Source: Verrucomicrobiia bacterium (GTDB taxonomy: Bacteria; Verrucomicrobiota; Verrucomicrobiia; Limisphaerales; UBA1319). From it: a DNA stretch of 64,000 nt. This document shows, piece after piece, positions 29,384 through 39,963 of this stretch (position 1 is its first letter; each line of letters starts with the position of its first letter). Made by a program: the position numbers and the translations under genes. The DNA is taken from positions 288,001 through 352,000 of the forward strand of contig OY760937.1 of NCBI GenBank assembly GCA_963664225.1, given 5' to 3'. Under the pieces are notes generated by a model that saw only the letters and a list, made by a program, of their open reading frames with translations, had not been told where the DNA came from and made no database searches.

Positions 29384-30331
29384 TTAGGGCAGTTTTTCAC
29401 CCCGTGCGGCGAGCAAGAGGCGGTACCATTCATCCCGGCTCAGGTCGATATTGTCCGCTTGAACGGATTCCCGAATGCGCTCCGGTTTGGTGGAGCCGAC
29501 GATGGGGACGATTTTTGCCGGGTGCTTCATGAGCCAGGCCAGGGCGATCACCGTCCGGGTGGTCGAGCGCTCTTTGGCGATGGTGTCCAGCGTTTGCTGG
29601 AGGTCGATGATTCTGGCCTGACGCGGGTCGTTGTTTTCTGGCGCTGCGGCGCCGGTGCCCAGGAGGCCGCCGGTCAGGGGACTCCAGGCCAGAGGCGTGA
29701 TCTGCTGGGCGAGGCATTGGTCGAGGGTGCCATCGTTGAAGCAATCGAGTTTGCCAAGGCTGATTTCGACCTGGTTGACGAGCAGCGGCATGGGACAGGC
29801 GCTTTGAAGCGCGGTGACCTGGGAGGGACGAAAATTGCTGACGCCGAAGTAGCGGGCCTTGCCGGCACTCTTGAGCTGGCAGAATGCGGAAGCGACTTCC
29901 TCGGGGTCCATGAGGTAATCGGGCCGATGCAGTTGATAGAGGTCGATCGTCTCGATGCCCAGACGCTTCAGGGACTGGTCGCAGGAATTAAGAATGTGAC
30001 TGGCGGAGAAATCGAAGCGATGCGGGCTGGAGGGCGCGGGGTCTCCGGGCCAGCGAATGCCGCATTTGGTTGCGATGAGGATTTCGCTCCGTTTGGATGG
30101 GACTTGCTTGAGGGCCTTGCCAAAAATGGTTTCCGCAGCGCCGTTGCAATAGATGTCGGCGTGATCGTAGAGGGTGTATCCGGCGTCGAAGGCGGCCAGA
30201 ACGGCTTTGATGCCGGCCTCTTCGTGGCTGGCCGTAACGAGGGAAGGGTTTTTGACGCCTGCCAGCCGCCAGCAACCGTAGGCCAGCCGGGTGGTGAGCA
30301 ATCCGCTTTTTCCAATGGGAATGGTTTTCAT
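29384..30331 (-). CDS. Aldo/keto reductase (YdhF-like)
   Basis: GCWRL, DHADIY, IATKCGI, LYQLHRPD, GVSNF, AWSPL. Confidence 0.92.
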   Translation of the reverse strand: MKTIPIGKSGLLTTRLAYGCWRLAGVKNPSLVTASHEEAGIKAVLAAFDAGYTLYDHADIYCNGAAETIFGKALKQVPSKRSEILIATKCGIRWPGDPAPSSPHRFDFSASHILNSCDQSLKRLGIETIDLYQLHRPDYLMDPEEVASAFCQLKSAGKARYFGVSNFRPSQVTALQSACPMPLLVNQVEISLGKLDCFNDGTLDQCLAQQITPLAWSPLTGGLLGTGAAAPENNDPRQARIIDLQQTLDTIAKERSTTRTVIALAWLMKHPAKIVPIVGSTKPERIRESVQADNIDLSRDEWYRLLLAARGEKLP

Positions 30332-30593
30332 AAATGTGCCACGTTTAATCGTCTCAAGAGGGTATCATGGATGGCAAATGCAGGCTTTCGCAAGCGCAAA
30401 TCGGAGGCGCGAAGGCGTGATCTGGAAGGGGCTGGTAACATGGATGGAAAGGATGGACAGGATTGGGGCGGGAAGAAAAACCGTTTCAGGCACGGAGGAG
30501 GAAAAACGGGTCAAAATAACATGGATGGACAGGGCGGAAAACCGCTTTTTTTTTAAGGAGACTTTGGGGGATGAAAACCTCACATTCAAGGGC

Positions 30594-31841
30594 GTGAAGG
30601 CGTGTGATATCGTGATTGTGGGTGGTGGGGCCGCAGGTTTTTTTGCGTCGATTGTGTGCGCGGAGGCCTGCAAGGGAGCTTCGGTGACGTTGCTCGAGGC
30701 GGGCGCGCAGTTTTTATCGAAGGTGCGCATTTCGGGTGGCGGTCGCTGCAATGTGACGCACGCTTGTTTCGATGCGAGGCAGCTTGCGGAGAGTTATCCC
30801 CGGGGCGGTCAGGCGCTCATTGGTCCGTTCCAGCGATTCCAACCAAGGGATGTCACGGCGTGGTTTTCGGGGCGGGGTGTGGCGTTGAAGACCGAGGGTG
30901 ACGGGCGGATGTTTCCAGTCACGGATTCTTCGCAGACGATTATCGATTGTCTGGTGGGAGCGGCCCGGGACGCCGGTGTGAAAACGCGTCTCCAGGCGGG
31001 AATTAAAAGTGTGACTCGCACGGCGGATTCCCGTTTTCAGTTGTTGCTGGCCAATGGGGAAACGCTGACCTGTGATTTGTTGCTGCTGGCCACGGGCGGA
31101 TGCCGTTCGGGTGAAGCGGTTCAACTGGTGGAGTCGCTGGGGCATCATGTGGAAGCGCCGGTTCCTTCGCTGTTCACTTTTAATTTGGATTGCGGATGGG
31201 TCAAGAAACTCTCCGGCGTATCCCTCGAGACAGTGGAGGTCACGGTGGCGGGAACGAGTTTGCGCGAACAAGGCCCGGTTTTGATGACGCATTGGGGTTT
31301 GAGCGGACCGGTGATTCTGCGGTTGTCGGCCTGGGGCGCACGGATTCTGCAGGGTTTGGATTACCGGTTTTCAGCGCAAATCAATTGGCTGCCAAAAATG
31401 AATGCCGAAACCATCACCACAGAGTTATCCAAGCGAGCGGAGCGGGATGGAGCCCGGCGTGTTGTGAACACACCGCTGACACCGTTGACGGCGCGTTTGT
31501 GGGAGCAACTGGTGCTGGCGGCCGGTGTGCCGTTGGATACGCGCTGGCAGGCGCTGGGAAGAGCTGCGCGCCATCGGTTGGTGCAGCAGTTGATTCGCAC
31601 GGAGCTGCCGGTGACGGGCAAGAGCACGAACAAGGATGAGTTTGTGACGTGCGGAGGGGTCCGGCTCAATGAGGTGAATTTCAAGACAATGGAGAGCCGC
31701 CTGTGTCCGGGGCTCTATTTTGCGGGTGAACTGCTGGACATCGATGGAATTACGGGTGGTTTCAATTTTCAGGCGGCCTGGACCACGGGCTGGCTGGCCG
31801 GATGCGCCATGGCGGAAGCCGCAAAATCACGGATGACCTGA
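30594..31841 (+). CDS. HI0933/YhiN family NAD(P)/FAD-dependent oxidoreductase
   Basis: GGGAAG, KVRISGGGRCNVT, VTCGGV, GELLDIDGITGGFNFQAAW. Start moved to GTG 30594. Confidence 0.92.
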   Translation: MKACDIVIVGGGAAGFFASIVCAEACKGASVTLLEAGAQFLSKVRISGGGRCNVTHACFDARQLAESYPRGGQALIGPFQRFQPRDVTAWFSGRGVALKTEGDGRMFPVTDSSQTIIDCLVGAARDAGVKTRLQAGIKSVTRTADSRFQLLLANGETLTCDLLLLATGGCRSGEAVQLVESLGHHVEAPVPSLFTFNLDCGWVKKLSGVSLETVEVTVAGTSLREQGPVLMTHWGLSGPVILRLSAWGARILQGLDYRFSAQINWLPKMNAETITTELSKRAERDGARRVVNTPLTPLTARLWEQLVLAAGVPLDTRWQALGRAARHRLVQQLIRTELPVTGKSTNKDEFVTCGGVRLNEVNFKTMESRLCPGLYFAGELLDIDGITGGFNFQAAWTTGWLAGCAMAEAAKSRMT

Positions 31842-32004
31842 ACCGTGTTGGCCTTGCCTGCCGCAAAATCTTGGGGGAAATGGGAATCGCTCCTGTGTCC
31901 GTCAAATCGGGGCAACCTCAAAAGTGCATGCGAGTCCATAGGACTTGATCGATTTAAAACGAGATGACTGAGGACCTTGGATTAAACAAAAAGGGAAAAA
32001 ATCT

Positions 32005-32044
32005 CCCTCACCCTTTCCCTCTCCCTCTGCCGAGGGCGAGGGGA
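32005..32044 (+). repeat. CCCTCACCC..CCCTCTCCC..GAGGG REP-like dispersed repeat
   Basis: ccctcaccctttccctctccctctgccgagggcgagggga has the form of a common intergenic palindromic repeat. Confidence 0.55.
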
Positions 32045-32242
32045 TAAACATTTCCCGCACTGGGACCATGCGAAACCGCAGGATTCATGAACACCCACGA
32101 CTTATTGGGCTTTTCAGTATTGCAGAAGAAATTTGTCGAGCATTCGAATCACTCCTCAAGCGTTTTTACCATTATACGCAGAGGTGGATTCGAGACGACC
32201 TCAGAAAGGCGTCATCGGTGTAAAGGCCGGGGCCGGCACCAG

Positions 32243-32746
32243 TTACGGGGTTGCCGGGCTTTTCAGGAATGCGGCGACCAGAGCGGCAATGATGATCAGC
32301 CCAAGGGTGATGCCGACGATCATGAAAATCTTGTTAACCTTGTTGCTCTTCTTTTTGAAGACGCCATCGACCGCGGCGCTTTTGGAGCGCGGACCGGTCT
32401 CCAATTCGTTGAGTTTGATGCCAGCCGGGGCAGGGGAGGCCTTGGTTTGAGCGGCGGTGGCGCCGTTCTCCAGACGCAGTTCGATCTGACCCAAACGCAG
32501 GGTCTGGCCTGATTTGAGCACCTTCTCTGTGACGGGATCGCCATCTATGAAGGTGCCGTTGGTGGAATCCAGGTCTTTAATGGTTACAACAGTGCCAAGG
32601 ACGGAGACCTCGCAATGGTGGCTCGAGACCGATGGCTCCGGGATTTGGAAAGCATTGTCCTCCACGCGACCGATGGTGGTTTTTCCCACCTTCAGTTCGC
32701 AGGAGCGCTCTTTAAACCCTTCAGTGAGCACAACAAGTCTGGGCAT
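32243..32746 (-). CDS. FHA domain protein with C-terminal TM helix
   Basis: TIGR...SVSSHHC...DLDSTNGTF FHA signature. Confidence 0.9.
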   Translation of the reverse strand: MPRLVVLTEGFKERSCELKVGKTTIGRVEDNAFQIPEPSVSSHHCEVSVLGTVVTIKDLDSTNGTFIDGDPVTEKVLKSGQTLRLGQIELRLENGATAAQTKASPAPAGIKLNELETGPRSKSAAVDGVFKKKSNKVNKIFMIVGITLGLIIIAALVAAFLKSPATP

Positions 32747-32926
32747 ATCTTGGTTAAATTGAATGCATTATCTTCACTAACCGGGCCAAGTCAAACGGTT
32801 TTGTAGAGATTTTTTTGTTTATTACTCCACACCCCTTAGGCCGATCAGGACGCGTGATCGACCCCCTGTGCGTTGAAACGCACGCGGGGGGTGTATTTTG
32901 TGGCTTTTTCGGGGTTGAACTCCGCT

Positions 32927-34084
32927 TTAGTGGCTTTCGATCAGTTGCCGAAACTCATCGAAGAGCGGGGTCGAATCGTGGGGGCCGGGTGAGGCTTCCG
33001 GGTGGTATTGGACGCAGAAAATGGGTTTTTTCTTGTGGCGCATGCCTTCCACGGTCTGATCGTTGAGGTTGATGCGGTCCACGAGCACACTCGAGGGAAG
33101 GCTGGCGGGATCCACGGCGAAACCGTGGTTCTGCGAGGTGATTTCCACACGGCCGCTGGTCAGGTCCTTGACGGGCTGATTGGCGCCCCGGTGACCGAAC
33201 TTCAGTTTAAAGGTCTTGCCACCAAAGGCTTGGCCGAGAATTTGATGGCCCAGACAGATGCCAAAAATGGGAACGCCATTTTTGACCAGGTCGGCAATGG
33301 CCTGCACCGCATAACCCAACGCGGAGGGATCGCCCGGTCCGTTCGAGAGAAAAATGCCCGCAGGTTTGTATTTCAGGGCCTCTGCGGCGGTGGTGGTGGC
33401 GGGAACGACCTGGACCTTGAAGCCCTTCTGGCGCAACCGCCTAAGAATATTATACTTGATGCCGAAATCATACGCCACGATGGGGAGACTGGCTTTGGGC
33501 AGGGGCGAGCCCAAGTTTTCCGGGGTCGCGAGCTGGCTGCCCGTTGGCAGGCGAAAGCTTTTGCTATCCAAATCCTTCTGATCCCATGCGAAGGCGCTTT
33601 TGTGGGTCACCTCTTTCACGTAATCCACGCCAATGAGGCCATGCCACTTTTGCGCCATGTCGATGGCGGCTGCGTCGCTCATTTCCTCCGTGGTGATGAC
33701 GCCCTTCATGGAACCGCGCACGCGGAGTTTCTTGGTGAGTGCCCGGGTGTCGATACCTTGAATGCCGGGAATGCCGTTCTTGAGGAGGTATTCATCCAGC
33801 GACATCGTTGCGCGCCAATTACTGACCACGGGGGAGAGTTCACGCACCACAAAGCCATGCACATGAGGCTTCCAGGACTCGACGTCCTGAAGATTGATTC
33901 CGTAATTGCCGATGAGCGGATAGGTCATCGTGACGATCTGTCCCTTGTAGGAGGGATCGGTCAGGATTTCCTGATAACCGGTCATTGAAGTATTAAAGCA
34001 GACCTCGCCGCAAAAGGTGGCTTTTGCGCCGAATGCCTGCCCGTGATACACGGTGCCGTCTTCCAATGCCAGGATGGCTTTCAT
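32927..34084 (-). CDS. carA: Carbamoyl-phosphate synthase small subunit
   Basis: FNTSMTGYQEILTDPSY, LSNGPGDP, GICLGHQ, QYHPEASPGPHD. Confidence 0.98.
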   Translation of the reverse strand: MKAILALEDGTVYHGQAFGAKATFCGEVCFNTSMTGYQEILTDPSYKGQIVTMTYPLIGNYGINLQDVESWKPHVHGFVVRELSPVVSNWRATMSLDEYLLKNGIPGIQGIDTRALTKKLRVRGSMKGVITTEEMSDAAAIDMAQKWHGLIGVDYVKEVTHKSAFAWDQKDLDSKSFRLPTGSQLATPENLGSPLPKASLPIVAYDFGIKYNILRRLRQKGFKVQVVPATTTAAEALKYKPAGIFLSNGPGDPSALGYAVQAIADLVKNGVPIFGICLGHQILGQAFGGKTFKLKFGHRGANQPVKDLTSGRVEITSQNHGFAVDPASLPSSVLVDRINLNDQTVEGMRHKKKPIFCVQYHPEASPGPHDSTPLFDEFRQLIESH

Positions 34085-34192
34085 GTCTTTCAATCTTGGC
34101 GAGGGATGCTAGGTTGGCAAGCCCAAGGGTCAAGAATTATCACACGGGAAGCGAAATATTGATCCTGGATTGAATTTGAGGCGGTACTGGCT

Positions 34193-34561
34193 ATGATGGC
34201 CCCGATGAAGCTTTACGGGCGGAAGTTTTGTGTGTTGCAATGCGTTCTGACGGGGATTCTGGTTGCGTGCTGGTGCGCGGGGTGCGTCACGCAGAAGGTC
34301 AACTGGGACAATCGAGTGGGGGCGTTCACCTTCGATCAGGTGGTGCTGGAAATGGGGCCGCCGGATCGATCCGCCAAGCTGCAGGACGGGGTGACGGTGG
34401 CGGAGTGGTTGACGCAGCGGGGATTCGCGCGGGGATCCGTGCAGAATACTTCCGGGATGTGGGTGGAGCACTATTATGAGCCGCCGATGCCGGATTTTTA
34501 TTTGCGCCTGACATTTGGACCCGATGGAAAATTGCAGGCGTGGAAACGCATTGCAAAATGA
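34193..34561 (+). CDS. Hypothetical lipoprotein (start uncertain)
   Basis: Lipobox-like CAGC after a hydrophobic stretch; MGPPD and LTFGPDGKL motifs. Confidence 0.65.
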   Translation: MMAPMKLYGRKFCVLQCVLTGILVACWCAGCVTQKVNWDNRVGAFTFDQVVLEMGPPDRSAKLQDGVTVAEWLTQRGFARGSVQNTSGMWVEHYYEPPMPDFYLRLTFGPDGKLQAWKRIAK

Positions 34562-34602
34562 GGTGGCGCTCCTTATAGGTGGGTTGTGAGCAAAGTGAAG
34601 GC

Positions 34603-34926
34603 ATGAGTGCGGATACCGGAATTTGGGAAAAGCTGACCAAGGTGTTTGTGATCCTGGTGCTGGCGGCCGCTTTTTTGGCGGTGGTGGTCAGCTATGGCCC
34701 GCTGATTCAGCAGAATCAACGCGTGCGCGAGGAGAACGGGCGGCTGGACCGGGAGATTGAGAAAGAGGAGGCCACGGGACGGCAGTTGAAGGCGAACATC
34801 AACGCGCTGCAAAAGGATCCCAGAACGGTGGAGCGCATGGTGCGTGAGAAGCTGGGTTATGCAAAGCCGGGTGAAACGGTGATCCGGTTCGAAGGCACGA
34901 ACACGGCTCCAACGCCCATTCGCTGA
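34603..34926 (+). CDS. ftsB: Septum formation initiator (FtsB/DivIC family)
   Basis: Single TM helix, coiled coil, VERMVREKLGYAKPGE. Confidence 0.8.
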   Translation: MSADTGIWEKLTKVFVILVLAAAFLAVVVSYGPLIQQNQRVREENGRLDREIEKEEATGRQLKANINALQKDPRTVERMVREKLGYAKPGETVIRFEGTNTAPTPIR

Positions 34927-35061
34927 TTTAGATGATCACGGTGATCGCGTTGATCTAGGCGATCGATCCGATTTGTTTCTGACCAGGGCCTTCCCCGGGT
35001 TCTCATTTTCAATGGCGCCTAATGGGAATGGGGCGAAGCGTATTTTCTTCGGAACCAGCGT

Positions 35062-36141
35062 GTGCATTTAGCGAATTTAAGATTACGGGATTTTCGGAAT
35101 TACCAGAAGTTGGACGCGGAATTTACGCCGGGTTTTCATCTGTTTTTGGGCCATAACGCGCAGGGAAAAACCAATTTGCTGGAGGCCGTGTATTTGCTGG
35201 CCACACTACGATCCTTCCGCGGGGTGGGCGGGGCGCAGTTGGTGCGTCATGATGCGGCGGGTTATTTTGTGGGCGCGCGGGTGGTCGGGCGGCAGACGAG
35301 CGAGATCAAAGTCTATTGGTCGTCCAAAAAACGTTCGGTGGCGGTCGATCAGCAACCGGTGCGACGACTGGTGGATTACCTGGGGCTTCTGCGGGCGGTG
35401 GTGTTTTGCACGGAGGACATGCAGTTGGTCAAGGGCACCAGCCGTGTGCGGCGAAGATTCCTGGATCTCCTGCTTTCGCAGACGCATGCGGCCTATTTGC
35501 CCGCGTTGCAGCGTTACATGCACGCGCTGCGTTCTCGCAACGCCCTTTTAAAGAATCCCCATGCCGATCCCAAAACACTGGAGAGTTTCACCGCCATGCT
35601 TGTCGAGGCCGGAACACCTCTGTGGCGGATGCGCACGGAATTCATTCCCCGTTTCGAGCCATTGGTGCGGGAGGCGTGCGGGAAAATCGCCATCGATGCG
35701 GACGAAGTCCGACTCAGCTATCGCCCGGGAGTGAAACAGGACTTCACGGTGGAACTGGCGCAGGCAAGGTCCCGCGAGGCGGTATATCGGTCCACGTTGA
35801 TTGGTCCGCACCGGGACGATCTGGATTTGCTGCTCAATGGGCGCGATGCCGCGCAGTTCGCCAGCGAAGGCCAGAAACGCACCTTCGCCATTGCCCTGAA
35901 AATGGCCCAGGCCCAGTATTTCACGACCGTGCATGGACAGCCCCCGGTGCTGCTGATTGACGATGTGATGGGGGAGTTGGACGCGCGGCGACGCGGCGGT
36001 CTGCTGCCGTTGCTCGAGCGGGCGCACCAGGCTCAGGGCCAGGTTTTCATGACCTGCACGGAGGAAAATTGGCCGCGTGAGTTGGGTCGCGACCTGATCC
36101 GGTGGTCGGTCGATAATGGGCATTTACAGCGAGCCCCATAG
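35062..36141 (+). CDS. recF: DNA replication/repair protein RecF
   Basis: FRNY, GHNAQGKTNLLEA, GPHRDDL, SEGQKR, LLIDDVMGELD. Confidence 0.97.
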   Translation: MHLANLRLRDFRNYQKLDAEFTPGFHLFLGHNAQGKTNLLEAVYLLATLRSFRGVGGAQLVRHDAAGYFVGARVVGRQTSEIKVYWSSKKRSVAVDQQPVRRLVDYLGLLRAVVFCTEDMQLVKGTSRVRRRFLDLLLSQTHAAYLPALQRYMHALRSRNALLKNPHADPKTLESFTAMLVEAGTPLWRMRTEFIPRFEPLVREACGKIAIDADEVRLSYRPGVKQDFTVELAQARSREAVYRSTLIGPHRDDLDLLLNGRDAAQFASEGQKRTFAIALKMAQAQYFTTVHGQPPVLLIDDVMGELDARRRGGLLPLLERAHQAQGQVFMTCTEENWPRELGRDLIRWSVDNGHLQRAP

Positions 36142-36164
36142 TTCGCGCGCCACCAAAGGCGAAC

Positions 36165-38249
36165 TCAGCGGGAGTCTCCCACGATGTTCAGATTGCGCCG
36201 GGCTTCAGCGTTGCCAGGGTCCAGAACCAAAATCCTGTTATAAATGCGGACGGCAGGCTGATGGCGATCCAATTGCTCCAAAGTGCGGGCGACATTCAGG
36301 AGGGACGGCACGGAATCCGGGGCCAGTTCGGCCGCCTTTTGATAATAGACCAGGGCCTGCTTGAATTGCCGGTGTTTGGTGAGCAAGGCTCCCAAACTGT
36401 TGAGAGCTTCGGGAAATTCCGGACATAGCTCCAACGCGGTGCGCAACTCGAACAGCGCCTCCTCATAGCTGTCATTGGCGGCGAGTAACATGCCCAGGTT
36501 GCAATGGGCCTGTGGATGTTCGGGCGCCAACCGCATCGTTTCGCACCACTGCGCCATGGCATTGGTTGCATTATCCGAGTATTGCAGCAGTCGGGCATAA
36601 GCGGCGCGGAGGTTCCAATCCTCAGGGGAATGTTCCACAGCCTGGCGGTAAGTTTCGGCGGATTTCTTCAGTGCATAGGTTTTTATCTGTGGCTTTAAAT
36701 CATTCAGCTCAGCCTGCCAGTGCGCGATGGTGCGCTTCCAATCGGATTGTTCTGTGAATGGGGGGCGTTTCATGCGTTCGCACATGACTTCCGCATTTTG
36801 GTAACGGTCAAAGGAAGTGTAAGCCATGCGCCGGGAGCATTCCTCCTGGCTCAACCACGGCAGGGCGGGTTCGGCCAGCGCTTGAAGCCGGGGAGGCAGG
36901 CTGGTCTCAATGTTTGTGGCCATGGCCATGGCGAGAACGTAATTGCCGTCAAACGTGAAATGGACATGGTCATAGAGCAGTTCCCAACCGGACAAGCCAT
37001 TTGGGCTGGCTTGGGCCACAGCGGCCTCGGTATCCACCCAGCGAAGATTTTTTGAGGCAAAAGATTCGGCCATTTCGCGGTAAATGGAGTGGATCTGGTG
37101 GTCTGGTCGGAACCGCAGGGCGTCCAGGTCCCGGGCGCGTTCCAGGTAAGCGCGCGCCTGATCCAAGCGACCTTGGTTTAAATGGATCGTCCCCTGACGA
37201 TAGGCCAGGTCGGCATACTTCGGATCGATGGCTTCCGCTTTTTTATAAAATTCCAATGCCTGCGCTTCATTGGTCGTACCTGCCGCAACGGCCTGGTCAA
37301 ACCATCGAGTCCACTGGGCCAGATCGTCCGCACTTAATCGGGGATCGTGTAGCGATGCGAAAGGGGCGCAATTTCGGATGTTATTGGCTGGTGGACATAG
37401 CAGGACAGTAGTCCCGGAAGTGATGCCTAATTGCACGATGTCCTGCAAATTGCCACGAAAATTGCTGTAAACCCGCGTCATGCGCGGATCGTCGGCGCTC
37501 ACCAGATTATGGATGAACATTTCCATGCCATGCCAGGATTCTTGCGCGCTGGAGCCGTGAGGCAGCGCCGCGGTCAGTCGTTCAGCGCATTGACCCAGGC
37601 GGGTTTGTTTCAAGGCGAGTTGCGCGCGGATGAGCCAGAGGGGTGGAACGGTGGTCTTGTTGAAAACGGTGCCTGCGCCGTAGGGTCCCACCACTTCGTT
37701 ATTGCCCATGTAAACGATCCAGAAATCGCCTTCTTTGGAGGCGCAATCTTTGGCGATGGCCCGCACCGTGTGGGAATTGATGGCCGTGACTCCCGTATTG
37801 ACCACTTCGACCTTCAGCCGGGGATGGCGCTCCCTGAGCAACACTTCCAGAATTCGCGCAAATCCAAAGCAGGGATCGGGATCGCCCATGGCGGCGGATT
37901 CACCCATGACGAAGAGGCGAAGAGTATTTGTGGTTTTAACGGCATCGAATTGAAGCGGCGCGGGATGACGAACCATCGATGGGGAGAAAAAAAGATGACC
38001 GAAACGCTGGTTATCCACAAAGACCGCGCGACGATCGACCTTGCTTTTCAGGAAAAACGAAGGATTAAAACCGACACCCAACAACCGCAAAGACAGCTCC
38101 GCAAACGCTAGAAGGAAGCAGGGAACCAGAATGGCAGCCGCAAATTTAAACCACCATGGGCGGCGGGGTAAGGGAAGGGAAACCGTCTTCTCAGCAGGAA
38201 CAGTGGCTGCCGACGTCTGGCCAGGCGGATTTTTGTGGTGCTTTTTCAA
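36165..38249 (-). CDS. Membrane-anchored SGNH-like + TPR protein
   Basis: GESAAMG, YMGNNE, DHVH (SGNH-like blocks); C-terminal TPR repeats. Confidence 0.75.
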   Translation of the reverse strand: MKKHHKNPPGQTSAATVPAEKTVSLPLPRRPWWFKFAAAILVPCFLLAFAELSLRLLGVGFNPSFFLKSKVDRRAVFVDNQRFGHLFFSPSMVRHPAPLQFDAVKTTNTLRLFVMGESAAMGDPDPCFGFARILEVLLRERHPRLKVEVVNTGVTAINSHTVRAIAKDCASKEGDFWIVYMGNNEVVGPYGAGTVFNKTTVPPLWLIRAQLALKQTRLGQCAERLTAALPHGSSAQESWHGMEMFIHNLVSADDPRMTRVYSNFRGNLQDIVQLGITSGTTVLLCPPANNIRNCAPFASLHDPRLSADDLAQWTRWFDQAVAAGTTNEAQALEFYKKAEAIDPKYADLAYRQGTIHLNQGRLDQARAYLERARDLDALRFRPDHQIHSIYREMAESFASKNLRWVDTEAAVAQASPNGLSGWELLYDHVHFTFDGNYVLAMAMATNIETSLPPRLQALAEPALPWLSQEECSRRMAYTSFDRYQNAEVMCERMKRPPFTEQSDWKRTIAHWQAELNDLKPQIKTYALKKSAETYRQAVEHSPEDWNLRAAYARLLQYSDNATNAMAQWCETMRLAPEHPQAHCNLGMLLAANDSYEEALFELRTALELCPEFPEALNSLGALLTKHRQFKQALVYYQKAAELAPDSVPSLLNVARTLEQLDRHQPAVRIYNRILVLDPGNAEARRNLNIVGDSR

Positions 38250-38308
38250 TCAGATATTTTTGTGGATGGGGGTCGGCAGACTGATTGGAATATTGTGGTT
38301 TGTTCAAT

Positions 38309-39235
38309 TCATGGGGGTGTGGGGGCCAATGGGCCATTGCCGCTGTTTTGCAGGGCGGCGGCTTGTTCACGGGCCGCTGCCAGTGACTTGGTGGCCTGTT
38401 GGAAATCCGGTTGAAGGCGCAACACTTGTTCGTATTCGCGTATGGCCGCCAGCGGATTGCGCTCACGCATCAGCGAGTTGCCCAGGTTATAATGCGCGGC
38501 GGCATAGTCGGGCGAAGCCTTCACCGCTTTTTCGAACGATTCCCTGGCTTGATCGAATTGCCCCTGGCGCGCCAGCACCGTGCCCAAATTGTTAAAGGCG
38601 GAGGCGTAATCCGGGTTGATTTTAAGGGCGGTTTGGAAGTGTTCGATGGCGTCCGTGAGCTTGCCCTGTTTGGCCAGTAAATTGCCCAGGTTATTATGAA
38701 CCTCAGCGTAATTGGGCATCAACCTCAAGGCTTCCTCATACTCCTGAACGGCTTCATCCTCCCGGCCTTGCCGAGCGAGGGAAAGGGCCAGGCCGAAGTG
38801 GGCGTCCTCATTGGATGGATTGCTTTCCAATGCCTTCCGATATTGCGTGGCCGCCTCTTCGAATTGGCCTGAATCCAGGGCTTTTCTGGCGTTTATTTGA
38901 AGTTCGTGGAGATCGGAGGGGTTGACGGAGTTGACGCTGTTAGGATTGGATTGGGAATCTGTGAGGGTTTGGTCGGCAGCGCGGGCATTGCCGGGCGCGC
39001 GCACAGACTGGGAGTTTCTTTCCCAAGTGAGAATTGCGCCGCCCACAACCAATGCGAGCGCCGTCACAAGTGCCAGCAGCGCATATCTTTTCCACGCGGA
39101 CCAGTGGGACCAAAAAGCATAAGGACTTTTGGCGATGGAGCGCCCGCCGGGATTCCGGCCATTCTCATTTCCACCCACGTAACGGGGTCGGCCCGATTTC
39201 AGGGGGCCACGGTATGATGGCTTAGATTTGGGCAT
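38309..39235 (-). CDS. Membrane-anchored tetratricopeptide repeat protein
   Basis: TM helix followed by tandem A.NNLG..LA..G....A TPR units. Confidence 0.9.
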   Translation of the reverse strand: MPKSKPSYRGPLKSGRPRYVGGNENGRNPGGRSIAKSPYAFWSHWSAWKRYALLALVTALALVVGGAILTWERNSQSVRAPGNARAADQTLTDSQSNPNSVNSVNPSDLHELQINARKALDSGQFEEAATQYRKALESNPSNEDAHFGLALSLARQGREDEAVQEYEEALRLMPNYAEVHNNLGNLLAKQGKLTDAIEHFQTALKINPDYASAFNNLGTVLARQGQFDQARESFEKAVKASPDYAAAHYNLGNSLMRERNPLAAIREYEQVLRLQPDFQQATKSLAAAREQAAALQNSGNGPLAPTPP

Positions 39236-39429
39236 AACGTTGCCAACGCACGACTTACAAGCCTTTAGTCTGCTGATAGGTTTGAGCCAAAAAGGTTTGA
39301 GACAAACTGCATGTGCCTGTGAATCTGGTCAACTATGATTTTTTCTTATTCCGCTGCTTGACCCCTGGCGAGGTATTCAGGCAATATTTATTGAATTTAT
39401 AAAAATCGTTGAATCAAGAAAGGCAATCA

Positions 39430-39963
39430 ATGCACCCCAATGTTGCATATAGAAAACGCAAGCCGGAGCCTGCGGCGCCACCCAGCAATGGGGCCGATAA
39501 ACGTTACAAGATTCTGGAAACGGCCATGAAGCGGCATCAGCACAAGGCCGATGCATTGATCGAAATTCTTCATACGGCGCAGGAACTTTTCGGCTATCTC
39601 GATAACGCCCTGCTCGTGCATGTCGCCCAACGCTTGAAGCTGCCTTTGAGCCGCGTCTATGGAGTGTCCACTTTTTACCATTTCTTCAAACTCAAGCCCA
39701 ACGGCAAACACACCTGCGTGGTGTGCATGGGGACGGCCTGTTACGTCAAGGGCGCCAACAATCTGCTGTCCGCCATCGAGGGCTTTGCAAAAATCAAATC
39801 GGGTGAGACCACGCCGGACAACGAGCTGTCATTATTGACGGCCCGATGCATCGGCGCCTGCGGTATTGCCCCCGCAGTGGTTTGCGACAATGTCGTCATG
39901 GCACGTCAAACGCCTGAGACAGTGCTCGGTCAGGTGAAAGGATGGATGCAACATGGTTCTTAA
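39430..39963 (+). CDS. hoxE: Bidirectional hydrogenase subunit HoxE (NuoE-like)
   Basis: [36 protein letters not shown]. Confidence 0.92.
   Translation: MHPNVAYRKRKPEPAAPPSNGADKRYKILETAMKRHQHKADALIEILHTAQELFGYLDNALLVHVAQRLKLPLSRVYGVSTFYHFFKLKPNGKHTCVVCMGTACYVKGANNLLSAIEGFAKIKSGETTPDNELSLLTARCIGACGIAPAVVCDNVVMARQTPETVLGQVKGWMQHGS

Noticed and set aside
30291..30593. ~100-aa N-terminal extension of the HI0933-family ORF
   Set aside because: It runs through intergenic repeats and overlaps the divergent gene; family similarity starts at GTG 30594.
32068..32223. Small ORF MRNRRIHEH... as a HEPN/DUF86 remnant
   Set aside because: Only a short R...H-like resemblance, with no partner gene; too weak to call.
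34927..36141. Replication origin near recF
   Set aside because: No dnaA, dnaN or gyrB and no DnaA-box cluster in the adjacent intergenic DNA.
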